Made by a program: the position numbers and the translations under genes
Notes under the pieces: model-generated
Seen by the model: the letters and a program-made list of their open reading frames with translations, nothing else
The model's database searches: none
What the model was told of the DNA's origin: nothing
Part shown: one piece after another, positions 18,495-27,816 of the stretch
How the letters are laid out: each line of letters starts with the position of its first letter
Position numbering within the stretch: position 1 is the first letter of the stretch
Source: Candidatus Omnitrophota bacterium
GTDB lineage: Bacteria; Omnitrophota; Gorgyraeia; Zapsychrales; JANLHA01
Length of the DNA: 64,000 nt
Direction of reading: 5' to 3'
NCBI GenBank assembly: GCA_963662715.1
Contig: OY759724.1
Location: 986,662-1,050,661, forward strand

Positions 18495-19820
18495 CTACCG
18501 CACCGTATCTCCGACTTGAATAGTCGTAACCTTGTTTTTTATATCCGCCGCGGCGATATCGCTTCTGACCTGAATAACCTCTAAGGCAGCCACATACTCA
18601 GCGCCTCTATAAACGCTCATGTTATCTCCGAGCTTCAGGCCGTCACTCTCCCCCAAATCGACAATAACAAAATTGTTTTCGTCATTCACAGAAACAACAT
18701 TCCCGTCAAACCCGGGAGATACTGCGACAGCGACCTCATCTTCCAGGACAGAATGATTAGAGGAGGACACAACGATGGGTGGCAGTTCCACTTCACCGGA
18801 CGCCTGGCTGTCCGTCGATTTAAAATTCTTTTCCAGGCTGTCTTTAATGTCCCAGATTTCATCTATCCGGTTTTGAATAATGTTTTCTGTCTCAAGCAGT
18901 TTACGTTCGATGGTCTTTTTTTCGTCCTGCAGACGGACAATGCTCTTTTCCAGAGCAATCTTCGTGGAAGTCAATCCCTTGATCTGATTCCTTAAATTCG
19001 TATTTTCGTCATTCATTTTGCCAAGCCTGCCGTTGAGGAACTTCTTGTCATTTTCGGAACGGGCCAGCTCCAGGGAAAGATTGTCCGCCAGGTCATTCCC
19101 GTGCTTGATCTTCCGCTCGATAGACTCTTTTTCATTGTTCAATTCCGACAAGCCCAGCTCCAGGTCGGAATTCCTCTTCTTCATTTCTTCCAGCTCAAGC
19201 ATGCTCTTTTCAAGCCTGCCCTGCAAATCTTCCGTTTCCAATTCAAGCGCGGTTTTTTCTTTAATGACCTGCGCCCAATAATTTTCATTATCAGATGATA
19301 TTTCCAGAGACGGAGGACTCACCGGTTTTTCCTGCACGGCCTGTTTCTCCGGGACTTTTTTATCCGCCAAAGGTCTCTGCAACTGGTCTTGCGGAACAGG
19401 GGCTCCGGTATCCCGGTCGACATACTTGTAAACCACCTGCGGCTCCGCCTTTTCCTTAAGCTGAGCCAACAACTTTTCCCGCTCGCCCTCCAGTTTCTTA
19501 ACCTTTTCCTGCAACCCCTCCCGCTCCTGCGACAACTCCTTCAGCTTCAAATCAAGATCTTCCATATTGCCGTCAAAAGAACTTAATTTCTCCTGCAATT
19601 CTGTCTTGATTTTCTCCGCCACCTTCAGCTTTTCCTGAAGGTCCTTGTTCTCCAGAATATATTTTTTCTCCCGGCCCTGGAATTCATCAATTTGCTTTTC
19701 CAAAGAAATCTTCGCCTTATCCACTTCCTGCTTCTGTAAAGCGACATAAGTTAACAATCCGACGGAGACAAAAAGCAATAAGAGCAAAAAAACTAATATG
19801 GACTTTGCAGCTCTCGACAT
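18495..19820 (-). CDS. Membrane-anchored long coiled-coil protein with a C-terminal beta-rich domain (paralog of 39999..40541)
   Basis: An N-terminal TM segment is followed by about 300 aa of heptad-rich E/K/L sequence. The C-terminal domain, NFVIVDLGESDGLKLGDNMSVYRGAEYV, is shared with 39999..40541. An 11-nt gap separates it from the LacI gene. Confidence 0.7.
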   Translation of the reverse strand: MSRAAKSILVFLLLLLFVSVGLLTYVALQKQEVDKAKISLEKQIDEFQGREKKYILENKDLQEKLKVAEKIKTELQEKLSSFDGNMEDLDLKLKELSQEREGLQEKVKKLEGEREKLLAQLKEKAEPQVVYKYVDRDTGAPVPQDQLQRPLADKKVPEKQAVQEKPVSPPSLEISSDNENYWAQVIKEKTALELETEDLQGRLEKSMLELEEMKKRNSDLELGLSELNNEKESIERKIKHGNDLADNLSLELARSENDKKFLNGRLGKMNDENTNLRNQIKGLTSTKIALEKSIVRLQDEKKTIERKLLETENIIQNRIDEIWDIKDSLEKNFKSTDSQASGEVELPPIVVSSSNHSVLEDEVAVAVSPGFDGNVVSVNDENNFVIVDLGESDGLKLGDNMSVYRGAEYVAALEVIQVRSDIAAADIKNKVTTIQVGDTVR

Positions 19821-19981
19821 ATTATCTCCTTATGATAATAGTATTTATAAGTATGTTATGAATATAACAAAGGATATCTTTTAACACAAGAAAAAAAGCA
19901 ATAAATTATTACACGGCAATAGTTTTTCTACACCTCATCATATATATTTCCCCGAAATAGCCCGCCAAGACGAGCGCGCAC

Positions 19982-20010
19982 AAAAAAAAGGGCAGCCGGT
20001 CTGGCTGCCC
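19982..20010 (-). terminator. Rho-independent terminator downstream of lipoprotein gene
   Basis: The stem GGGCAGCC(GGTCT)GGCTGCCC is followed on the minus strand by a T-run (plus-strand AAAAAAAA at 19982-19989). Confidence 0.55.
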
Positions 20011-20032
20011 TTTCCCATAAAAAATATTCCTA

Positions 20033-20671
20033 CTACTCATACTGAATATTATCTAAATAAAATGTACAAGACTCCGGATTCACATCAACATTTGTTGACC
20101 ACGAAAAGCCGCCGCTGACATAAGATAAATCCCGGCCTCTTAAATCAATGGTATACTTCCTCCACTCATTCGTCAGGATCACAGGTCCGATGATGGCCAT
20201 ATCCGAATCCGGGTAATCTCCGGTAATGCCTCCCATCTTAAACTCTTCAATACGTTCTCCGCCTTTCTCACCCTTGGCCCAAAAACTTAATTCCCGCGCG
20301 CCTTCCAAATTAAAACCGCCTTTCTGGTTCCCCCAGTTATTCGCCGGATTAAGCCAATAAATACCCGCCCATTTTTGATCTTCCTGGGAACATTCAATTT
20401 CATATTCCACGCGCATACAGGTTTTTCCATCATAACAGTCTTGCTGCCAGGCATCATTAAAATTAAGACATTTTCCGTTGGGCATAAAGCCAGAGGGAAC
20501 AAAATGGTTATCTCTTGAGCCTTTATCTTTATACACGATAAAGGGCTTGAACGTACTTTCCGTTTGCTCATAATTATTACTCTGCCCCGTCGAACTTACG
20601 CTGGTCCGGTTACACCCCCACACGACGAACACACACAGGGCCAATAGAAAAAAATTTTTTTTAATGGCCAT
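20033..20671 (-). CDS. Lipoprotein with putative carbohydrate-binding (CBM-like beta-sandwich) domain
   Basis: A signal peptide with a lipobox (VVWGC) is followed by an aromatic-rich beta-type sequence ending in FYLDNIQYE, which is typical of CBM C-termini. Confidence 0.65.
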   Translation of the reverse strand: MAIKKNFFLLALCVFVVWGCNRTSVSSTGQSNNYEQTESTFKPFIVYKDKGSRDNHFVPSGFMPNGKCLNFNDAWQQDCYDGKTCMRVEYEIECSQEDQKWAGIYWLNPANNWGNQKGGFNLEGARELSFWAKGEKGGERIEEFKMGGITGDYPDSDMAIIGPVILTNEWRKYTIDLRGRDLSYVSGGFSWSTNVDVNPESCTFYLDNIQYE

Positions 20672-20740
20672 CAGAAACCCTTTCTTAGATTTGAATGATC
20701 TTTGATTTTTCTGCTTACTTGTCTATAAAACAAACAGGAT

Positions 20741-20787
20741 CCCCAAGTTGAGGAAAGAACCTTAAGGATCCTGTTTCAGAATGAGGA
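20741..20787 (-). terminator. Hairpin terminator downstream of 20818..21696
   Basis: Inverted repeat AACAGGATCC ... GGATCCTGTT with a T-rich tail on the minus strand. A second short hairpin (CAATGAC...GTCATTG) follows right after the stop. Confidence 0.35.
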
Positions 20788-20817
20788 TCAATGACATGTC
20801 ACTGTCATTGTCTTTTA

Positions 20818-21696
20818 TTAATCTTCCAAAGCCTCCAACTTTTGCTGTGCTGCTTCTGCCGGTTTCCAGAACCAACCCTTGGGATCCCAGCACTGAGAAA
20901 AATAATAATCGTCGACTAATTTCTTAAACGCTTCTTTAGCTTCGCTATTTTTACCGGCGTTCATATAGGCTTCGCCTCTGATAAAAAGACAGGTGCCGAT
21001 ATCATTCAATGCCCAGTAAGAAAAAATCTTGTCCTTGGATTCCCAGGGATATTCCGTGAGCGACTCCTGCATTTCCTTGGCCTTTTCTTCATACAGCTCC
21101 AGGCATTTATTTGTATAAGCCAACACGGAATCAAGATCTTTTTCGGCTAAGGCTTCCCAAGCTTTAACCGCGAGAGTGCTGGATGTGTAATCCCCGAAAT
21201 CCAAATCTGACCCGGACTCAATCATGGCGATTTTTTCTTTTGCCGCTTCGGCCGGCTTCCAGAACCATCCCTTGGTATCCCAGCATTGCCCGTATGAATA
21301 CTCATCAATAAGCTTCTGATAGGCTTTAACAGCTTCGTCATTCATTTTAGCCTTGCGATAAGCTTCTCCTTGAATGAATAAACCGGTAGCGATATCATTG
21401 AGCGCCCAATAGGAAAAAATTTCATCATTGGTTCCTGTCGGATACTCTGTTAAACTCGCCTGCATTTTTTGCCCTTGCTCGGCATAAAGTTCGATACACT
21501 TATTTGTGTATGCCAATACAGCTTCCAAATCGTTCTCTGCTAAAGATCCCCATGCTTTGGTGATCAATGTCACGGAACGATAATCCCCGAAGTTATAAGC
21601 GAATGCCTTTCCTGGAATGGCCAACGATAAACCCAATACCAAAGCCATCATGACAAAGAAAATCTTTTTTAACATCTCTACCATCCTCCAATTCAT
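20818..21696 (-). CDS. Secreted protein composed of two tandem copies of an uncharacterised ~130-aa TPR-like domain (signature WDPKGWFWKPAEAA)
   Basis: It has a signal peptide. Repeat 1 (aa about 33-160) and repeat 2 (aa about 165-292) are about 60% identical. They share the motifs VLAYTNKC-ELY, SLTEYP, IFSYWALNDI, LFI-GEAY and QCWD-KGWFWKPAEAA. Confidence 0.75.
   Translation of the reverse strand: MNWRMVEMLKKIFFVMMALVLGLSLAIPGKAFAYNFGDYRSVTLITKAWGSLAENDLEAVLAYTNKCIELYAEQGQKMQASLTEYPTGTNDEIFSYWALNDIATGLFIQGEAYRKAKMNDEAVKAYQKLIDEYSYGQCWDTKGWFWKPAEAAKEKIAMIESGSDLDFGDYTSSTLAVKAWEALAEKDLDSVLAYTNKCLELYEEKAKEMQESLTEYPWESKDKIFSYWALNDIGTCLFIRGEAYMNAGKNSEAKEAFKKLVDDYYFSQCWDPKGWFWKPAEAAQQKLEALED
20820..21600. 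repeat. Intragenic tandem duplication (two ~390-bp units, about 75% nt identity)
   Basis: For example, CCGGCTTCCAGAACCATCCCTTGG (about 21247) matches CCGGTTTCCAGAACCAACCCTTGG (about 20862). The units correspond to the two protein repeats. Confidence 0.6.
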
Positions 21697-21908
21697 TTTA
21701 CTTAAAAATTCTTTAATTTTGATTTATGTGAATTCCTTAAAAAGTAATTTTAAGGATATCTAACCAAGCGGTCAGATAAAACAATTTTGATTATACTACC
21801 TGCCAACACCCCCTCTCTTATTAAGATATAGATGAAAATAACTCAGTAATTATAACATTTTTTACTATTATATAGCAAATTTTATTAACAACCCCCACGG
21901 GGACGATC

Positions 21909-24410
21909 TCAGGGGAGCTCATTCCAGGCTTCCTTATAAAATTCATAAGTCTTTCGCAGACGGCGCATAAAAGGGCTGTCTGTCCCGTTGCCCTGGGATG
22001 TAATGCCAAACCATTCTTCATAATAATATCCGCCCGGGAAAGGCCCGATGGCATCCGATTTACGGTCGTGATAAAAAGGCTCATAATTCTTCCACCATTC
22101 ATCCGTCCATTCGAAAACAACGGCTCCCAGGGCATTGCCCTCACCCTCCGCACGGCCAGCCATATTGGCTTCAACATCATACCAGTTGCCCCGGTGATAA
22201 TTCGCCTGGGCTTCCTCCCCTTCTTCCTGCGTTAAATGTTTCGCATAAGCCGGGCAACCGTATTCGGTAATAAAAGCAGGCTTGTCCGTAGCTTCCTTGA
22301 TCTGTTGCCAATACGCGCCAAAACCATAATCCCCCCGATAAGCATTCGCGGCAAACATATCAATATCAGGGGCATGCTTCGCAAAAATATCCAGATATAG
22401 AGTGTCCCCGTTACATAAAGCTACCGGGTGCTCCGGATCTAATGATTTAATCATCTTGGCCACTTCGTTCGCAAACTTGTAATATGCCTCTGGCTTTGTA
22501 TCAGCATTTGAAGCGACCCCGTAGTTATTTTCATTCCCCAACAGCCAAAACAATAAATAAGGTTCGTCTTTATGCTCCAGCACCATCTGACGAACCGACT
22601 CCATCATGTTCTTTTGGTGTTCAGGATTTTCATAATCCGTCCCTTCAAACCAGGATGCTCCTGAACCTAAAGTGTATTTTCCCAAGAAATCTCCCAGAAT
22701 CACCCGGATGCCGAATTCATCATATAACTTACGAAAAACTTCCTTATTGGGCTTAAACGGTTGATGATACTCACGTATTGTATTGGCGCCCATTTCCGCC
22801 ATCAGCTGAAAATCACCGACAACCGGTTCATCGTCATCCCGTTGGTTATTTTCGTTAGCATCCACCCAGACATCATAAGGACCGTCCGGAAGACCGTTTT
22901 TGTTCGTGTCTTCATACATCCAGGAAACGAGGGTCCCTTTATCCGGACTTTGCCCGATCTTTGTCGGGGCATAAGTAACACCTTTGATGATATAGGGTTT
23001 CCCTTCGACTAATAACTGCCAATGACCGTTCTCGTACTGCACCAGCGAGACTTTCCCCTCTCCCAACCTTCTTTTAATTTTCCGCAGAGGGACGGTCTTT
23101 TTATCAAGATTCATCTTATCCTTAACTTTATCAAGAAACCCTTTCTCCTCTATCACGCCGGGATAGGTGATAACGGCATCATTGCTCACATCATTATCAA
23201 ATCCGTTGATAACAGTCATCTTCATCCATTTCACTTTTAAATTCAACTCGGGATGAGAACGGACAAGATGAATGATCTTCGCGACAGCGGCCTGGGCCGG
23301 ATACCAAGGCGTCTGCCAATATGTCCAGCCGATTGTTTTAGGAAAATGCACAACAAGCGCGTGGTAAGCTTTAATCGCCTCATAATACATCTGCGCTTTC
23401 TCTAAAATCATGGCCATATAAAACAGTTTGATCCCTCCCGGCTCAGGTGCGGTAGCCCATTTAAAAAAGGCTGCCTCCAAATCATCACTGTACACAAAAT
23501 CCCAATGGCTACCGTCCAGGCGTCCTTCTTTTTTCGCTTGTTTATATTTGGGATTCTTCAGGATATCGCTGTTATTCGGATAAATGCCTTCTCCCACGGC
23601 TTCTTTGAGGCCTTTGAAATCATTGATTTTATAACGATAATCTTTTGTGCCCACCTCAACAAACTCGCCATACTTCTGATAATCGATGACTTTTTCTGTC
23701 CCCGGCCTGGCTAAAGAAGGCAGTGTCCGCAGACGAGTCGGAGGCACCTCCTCCTCCTCTTCAACTTTGCCGGTCATCACATCAATACTGTCCTGACTTT
23801 TCTCCGCGACGGACCACAACGATCCTCGGGAGGGATCCCAGGCTTGAGCCCAGCCATACTCGTCGATAATGGATTGAAATACCCGGATCGACTGCTCGGT
23901 CTTGCCGTAATTCATGTAAGCTTCGGCCTGAATAAAAAGGACGGTGGCAAGATCATTTAATTCCTGACATTCCTTTTCCTTGCCCTTTGACGGGAATTCC
24001 GTCAACCCGGCCTGCTGTTCCTTGGCCTTCTCTTTATAGACAGATAAAACCGCTTCAACCAGTTTATCCAGTTGCTCTAAATTCCCCTGGTGGGACAGCT
24101 CCCAGCATTTCCGGACCACGTCTTCCGGCGTTGCATCCTGATTAAGAGCAAAATCCTCAAAGGGGATATTTAGTTTCACGGATTGATCAGCGGCTGATTC
24201 ATCAATCGACTCAGCCGGGACATCAGCTTCGGCTGCGTCCTGAGTTTCAACATCCGGCATATTTCCTTGATCTTCTTTCGTGATAGCTTCCGCTGTTGCC
24301 TTCTGACTTTCCGTTTCTGAACTTTTTTCTTCCTGGGCACCGGCTAAAGAAGACATAAAAATCAAGCCGGCCATAAGCGTTGTATAAACTATTTTTTTCA
24401 CTATAAACAC
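21909..24410 (-). CDS. Secreted multidomain protein: acidic low-complexity linker, two divergent copies of the WDP/WYPAQAA TPR-like domain, and a C-terminal clan GH-A glycoside hydrolase domain
   Basis: It has a signal peptide and an E/D/Q-rich region. The repeat LNDLATVLFIQAEAYMNYGK...AWDPSRGSLWSVAEKS is homologous to the repeats of 20818..21696. The GH domain carries ANTIREY, LLGNENNYG (acid/base) and FITEYGC (nucleophile), and is homologous to the 1..1214 protein. Confidence 0.8.
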   Translation of the reverse strand: MFIVKKIVYTTLMAGLIFMSSLAGAQEEKSSETESQKATAEAITKEDQGNMPDVETQDAAEADVPAESIDESAADQSVKLNIPFEDFALNQDATPEDVVRKCWELSHQGNLEQLDKLVEAVLSVYKEKAKEQQAGLTEFPSKGKEKECQELNDLATVLFIQAEAYMNYGKTEQSIRVFQSIIDEYGWAQAWDPSRGSLWSVAEKSQDSIDVMTGKVEEEEEVPPTRLRTLPSLARPGTEKVIDYQKYGEFVEVGTKDYRYKINDFKGLKEAVGEGIYPNNSDILKNPKYKQAKKEGRLDGSHWDFVYSDDLEAAFFKWATAPEPGGIKLFYMAMILEKAQMYYEAIKAYHALVVHFPKTIGWTYWQTPWYPAQAAVAKIIHLVRSHPELNLKVKWMKMTVINGFDNDVSNDAVITYPGVIEEKGFLDKVKDKMNLDKKTVPLRKIKRRLGEGKVSLVQYENGHWQLLVEGKPYIIKGVTYAPTKIGQSPDKGTLVSWMYEDTNKNGLPDGPYDVWVDANENNQRDDDEPVVGDFQLMAEMGANTIREYHQPFKPNKEVFRKLYDEFGIRVILGDFLGKYTLGSGASWFEGTDYENPEHQKNMMESVRQMVLEHKDEPYLLFWLLGNENNYGVASNADTKPEAYYKFANEVAKMIKSLDPEHPVALCNGDTLYLDIFAKHAPDIDMFAANAYRGDYGFGAYWQQIKEATDKPAFITEYGCPAYAKHLTQEEGEEAQANYHRGNWYDVEANMAGRAEGEGNALGAVVFEWTDEWWKNYEPFYHDRKSDAIGPFPGGYYYEEWFGITSQGNGTDSPFMRRLRKTYEFYKEAWNELP

Positions 24411-24425
24411 CCCTTCCGATTCTTG

Positions 24426-25298
24426 TTATCCGAAAACTGCGCCAGATAATAATCCTTTTATGATATGTTTCTGCATAAGAAGATACACAATAATGATCGG
24501 GATAGCTGCGATACTTAATCCGGCCATGAGAAGCGGATAATCCACACTATGAGCACCCTGAAAAACCATTAATCCCCGCTGAAGCGGCATGATGGTAGGC
24601 TTATTAGGAATGTCATTCAACAATAACATCGCTAAAATATACTCATTCCAAACATTTAAAGCGTTGAAGATAACGATAACCGCGATAGCCGGCCTTGCCA
24701 GAGGCAGGGCCACATGGCGCCATATCCCCAATTTTGTACAGCCGTCGATCCGCGCGGCATCTTCCAGATCAGGCGGCATTTTATCAAAAAATGTTTTCAA
24801 TAGCAAAATACTTAAAGACAGCCCGACATTAATCATACAAAGGATATAACCTAATTGCCTGACATAGGTGTAAGGAGAGTTGATAAATCCAAGCTTTGTC
24901 ATAAGAACGGTTAACGGGACGAAACTTCCCGGCAGGGGGATCATCATGGCAGCCACGAACATATAAAAGAAAAAATTCTTTCCTGGGAAATGAAGACGGG
25001 AAAAAGCATATGCCGCCAAAGAAGCGATGAGCACAATACCCGCCACAACGCAAAAAGTGTAAATCACGCTGTTTAAAGAATACATGCCGAATTGGCCTTC
25101 GGTCCAGGCTTTGATAAAGTTGTCAAAATATATCTCCGATGGGATCAAAGACTTGTCTGTAAAGACCGTTGCGTTGGTCATCAGGGCGGAACGCAGCATC
25201 CAAAACAGCGGGAAGAGACAGGTTATGGCTATGGCAAGAAGAAAAATGTGAACGGAAACGGCTTTTGTCGCCCGAATCACCCGGTATTTATTAACCAT
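24426..25298 (-). CDS. Carbohydrate ABC transporter permease (MalG/UgpE-like, CUT1)
   Basis: It has 6 TM helices and the EAA-loop region DLEDAARIDGCTKLGIWRHVALPLARP. Confidence 0.9.
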   Translation of the reverse strand: MVNKYRVIRATKAVSVHIFLLAIAITCLFPLFWMLRSALMTNATVFTDKSLIPSEIYFDNFIKAWTEGQFGMYSLNSVIYTFCVVAGIVLIASLAAYAFSRLHFPGKNFFFYMFVAAMMIPLPGSFVPLTVLMTKLGFINSPYTYVRQLGYILCMINVGLSLSILLLKTFFDKMPPDLEDAARIDGCTKLGIWRHVALPLARPAIAVIVIFNALNVWNEYILAMLLLNDIPNKPTIMPLQRGLMVFQGAHSVDYPLLMAGLSIAAIPIIIVYLLMQKHIIKGLLSGAVFG

Positions 25299-25344
25299 AA
25301 TTTATCCTCATTTAAACATCCCCCCTCTGCCCGACAATAGGGAA

Positions 25345-26274
25345 TCAGGCCTGTTTCATGTGAGCGGAAAGTTTTTTCAAACAAAAAGACACGGCAATCA
25401 AGATCATGCCGAAATTAACACCCATGGCACAGGCATACCCGTAACGATTCTGCCTTGTCATGGCTTCTAAAATTTTTGTAACAGGAACAGATGTATAGTC
25501 CACTAATCCAGAAGGACCGACTAAAGATAAAATCAAAACAAAAGCCTGCATCGCCCCGAGAATTGTTAAAATCATGACAACAACAATAACCGGAAGCATC
25601 ATCGGGACTGTGACATTCTTAAACACACTGAATGAGCCTGCCCCGTCAACTCGTGCCGCTTCATATAATTGCCGGTCAATGGTCTGAAGGCCGGCTAAAA
25701 ACATAACGAAGCCCCATCCGAATCCTTTCCAGGAGTGAACGACAGCCACACAGGTTAAAACCGTCTTAGGATCGGATAACCAATTATTAACGAGATGAGA
25801 AAAACCAATTTTATGCAGAAAATAATTCAGCAAGCCGATATGCTGCCCGTCTTGTAAGCCGGGATAAAGGATCCAGCTCCAAATGAGGCCAACAACAACC
25901 TCGGAGAGAACCGGCGGGATGAAAAAGATCACCCGGTAAAACCCTTTCAGAAAAATCTCCCGGTCGCACGCCAAAGCCAAGGCAAAAGCCAAAGCATTCT
26001 GAAAAGTCAAAGCAATAAGCGTGATATAAGCGGCGTTCCACATGGAGACCCACCAGCTCTTATCACTCATCAGTTCTTTAAAATTCTCAAAACCGACATA
26101 TATACGTGTCGGGCTAATGCCGTTCCATTCCTGCAGGGAAAGATTAAAAATTTCCAGAAAAGGAGCGATGTAAAAGGTTAAGAAAATAAAGACCGCAGGT
26201 AAAACAAACGCAAAACTTCCCAGCTGGTCACGAATACGGGGAAGCGACATGCTCCTTTTTTGGGGTAAAGCCAT
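25345..26274 (-). CDS. Carbohydrate ABC transporter permease (MalF/UgpA-like, CUT1)
   Basis: It has 6 TM helices and the EAA motif YEAARVDGAGSFSVFKNVTVPMMLPV. Confidence 0.9.
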   Translation of the reverse strand: MALPQKRSMSLPRIRDQLGSFAFVLPAVFIFLTFYIAPFLEIFNLSLQEWNGISPTRIYVGFENFKELMSDKSWWVSMWNAAYITLIALTFQNALAFALALACDREIFLKGFYRVIFFIPPVLSEVVVGLIWSWILYPGLQDGQHIGLLNYFLHKIGFSHLVNNWLSDPKTVLTCVAVVHSWKGFGWGFVMFLAGLQTIDRQLYEAARVDGAGSFSVFKNVTVPMMLPVIVVVMILTILGAMQAFVLILSLVGPSGLVDYTSVPVTKILEAMTRQNRYGYACAMGVNFGMILIAVSFCLKKLSAHMKQA

Positions 26275-26297
26275 ATTTTAAAGGTTTAACCTTAAAT

Positions 26298-27611
26298 TTA
26301 TTCGCGCTTCTTCTTTTTCGCCATCTGGCGTTCTTTGACTTTCTGCACTTCTTCTGCCACCTGTTGAGGCGTTTTTTCACCGATAATAATCGACTGAATG
26401 CCTTTATCAAATGCCTCAACGACCAAAGGATGTTCATCCAGCGGCCAGATCGTTGGATGTGTTGTCGCGTCCATGGCTCTGGCAAATTCCGAAAGCACAT
26501 CCGGGATATCGGTCAAAGCATAGCGATTCGCCGGTAAATTTAAAGTCTCCTTTGATAAATAAGCTTGCTGTTCTTTCGCCGAAAGCCACTTTAAAAACGC
26601 AATCGCCTTATCCTTTTTATCGCTTGAATTATTAACGACAAACGATGATCCTGCCCCGCCCCATATGCGCATCGGGATATTCTTGCTGTATTTCGGTGGC
26701 AGCATAACGCCATAATCAAGATGAGGATTCATCTTATGATAAACATTGACGCACCAGGAGCCGTTAAAAGCAAATGCGTTACGGTTCAAGGCGAAATCCT
26801 GCTCAGCATATTTATTGGCTTTTGTCACGACCCCTTCGGCTAAGGCCCCTTTATCGCGTAAAGTTGCAAAAACCTGAAGAACCTCGATCCATTCGGGATC
26901 TGTATACGGGACTTTGCCGCGGTACGTGGCCATAACTTTATCTTCACCTAAAATATTGAAAGCATAATTGGAGGCAAAACAATTCACCAGCCATAATTCC
27001 CCCCACCCGGAAACAAGCCCGGATACCCCAACGCGTTTTAAAGCTTCAATGGCTTCCAGAAACTCATCAAAAGTTTGAGGCACTTTACTGATTCCGGCCT
27101 TTTCCAGCAAGGCTTTATTATAAAGCATCTGAACATTCGTGACATCGATGGGAACACCGTAGATTCCGGGTTCAATGCCATAGCTATTTCCTTCATCAAA
27201 ACGGTTTGCGGCAAGGGCCTTCGGGAAAAGGCTTTTCTCCCAGGCTGAATTATCTTTGACAAATTCTTCAGACAGATCCGCAACATATCCGCTTTCAATA
27301 AAGGTAGCAAAAACGGATTTCTTATCCAGGATTCCAAAGATATCAGGAAGGATTTTGGCTTGGGCTGCGGCAATGATTTTTTGGGAGTAAACATCAGAAG
27401 GGGCGTAAAGTTCAAAGATGACTTCAACTCCGGTCTCTTCTTGATATTTTTTCGCTAACTCCTTTAAAACTTCATGCCGGTCAGTTATCCAGTGCCAAAC
27501 CGTAATGATATTCTTATTCGGCGGAACGGCTGGGCCACCACAGCTTTGACAACTCCAGATAACGGCTATGGCCAAACATATGCCTGCCAGAAATTTCCCT
27601 TTCATGGTCAA
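26298..27611 (-). CDS. Extracellular solute-binding protein (family 1) of sugar ABC transporter, lipoprotein
   Basis: It has a signal peptide with Cys and the architecture of a CUT1 oligosaccharide-binding protein. No ATPase gene is adjacent, as is common for CUT1 systems using a shared MsiK. Confidence 0.9.
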   Translation of the reverse strand: MTMKGKFLAGICLAIAVIWSCQSCGGPAVPPNKNIITVWHWITDRHEVLKELAKKYQEETGVEVIFELYAPSDVYSQKIIAAAQAKILPDIFGILDKKSVFATFIESGYVADLSEEFVKDNSAWEKSLFPKALAANRFDEGNSYGIEPGIYGVPIDVTNVQMLYNKALLEKAGISKVPQTFDEFLEAIEALKRVGVSGLVSGWGELWLVNCFASNYAFNILGEDKVMATYRGKVPYTDPEWIEVLQVFATLRDKGALAEGVVTKANKYAEQDFALNRNAFAFNGSWCVNVYHKMNPHLDYGVMLPPKYSKNIPMRIWGGAGSSFVVNNSSDKKDKAIAFLKWLSAKEQQAYLSKETLNLPANRYALTDIPDVLSEFARAMDATTHPTIWPLDEHPLVVEAFDKGIQSIIIGEKTPQQVAEEVQKVKERQMAKKKKRE

Positions 27612-27789
27612 TCCTTTAATATAGTAGCCCCAAGGTGTGAAGGTCCGCGAATAAAATATCTCTGGGGTTGAGCTTTAACTTATTGGGATTATTAAGTTAA
27701 ATACGGATTGTATTCAAATGTAAAAATAATGATCGAGTATTCTATCACGCACATTTTATTTTGTCAAAAAAAGCATTCCGGTATCGAAT

Positions 27790-27816
27790 CTTAGAGAAAA
27801 AGGGAATCTGTCCCTT
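27790..27816 (-). terminator. Rho-independent terminator immediately after the GH94 stop
   Basis: On the minus strand, AAGGGA-CAGAT-TCCCTT is followed by TTTCTCT. Confidence 0.5.

Noticed and set aside
21821-22180. 119-aa minus-strand ORF overlapping the 3-prime end of the TPR-GH gene
   Set aside because: It is a different frame on the same strand as a long motif-supported gene, so it is spurious.
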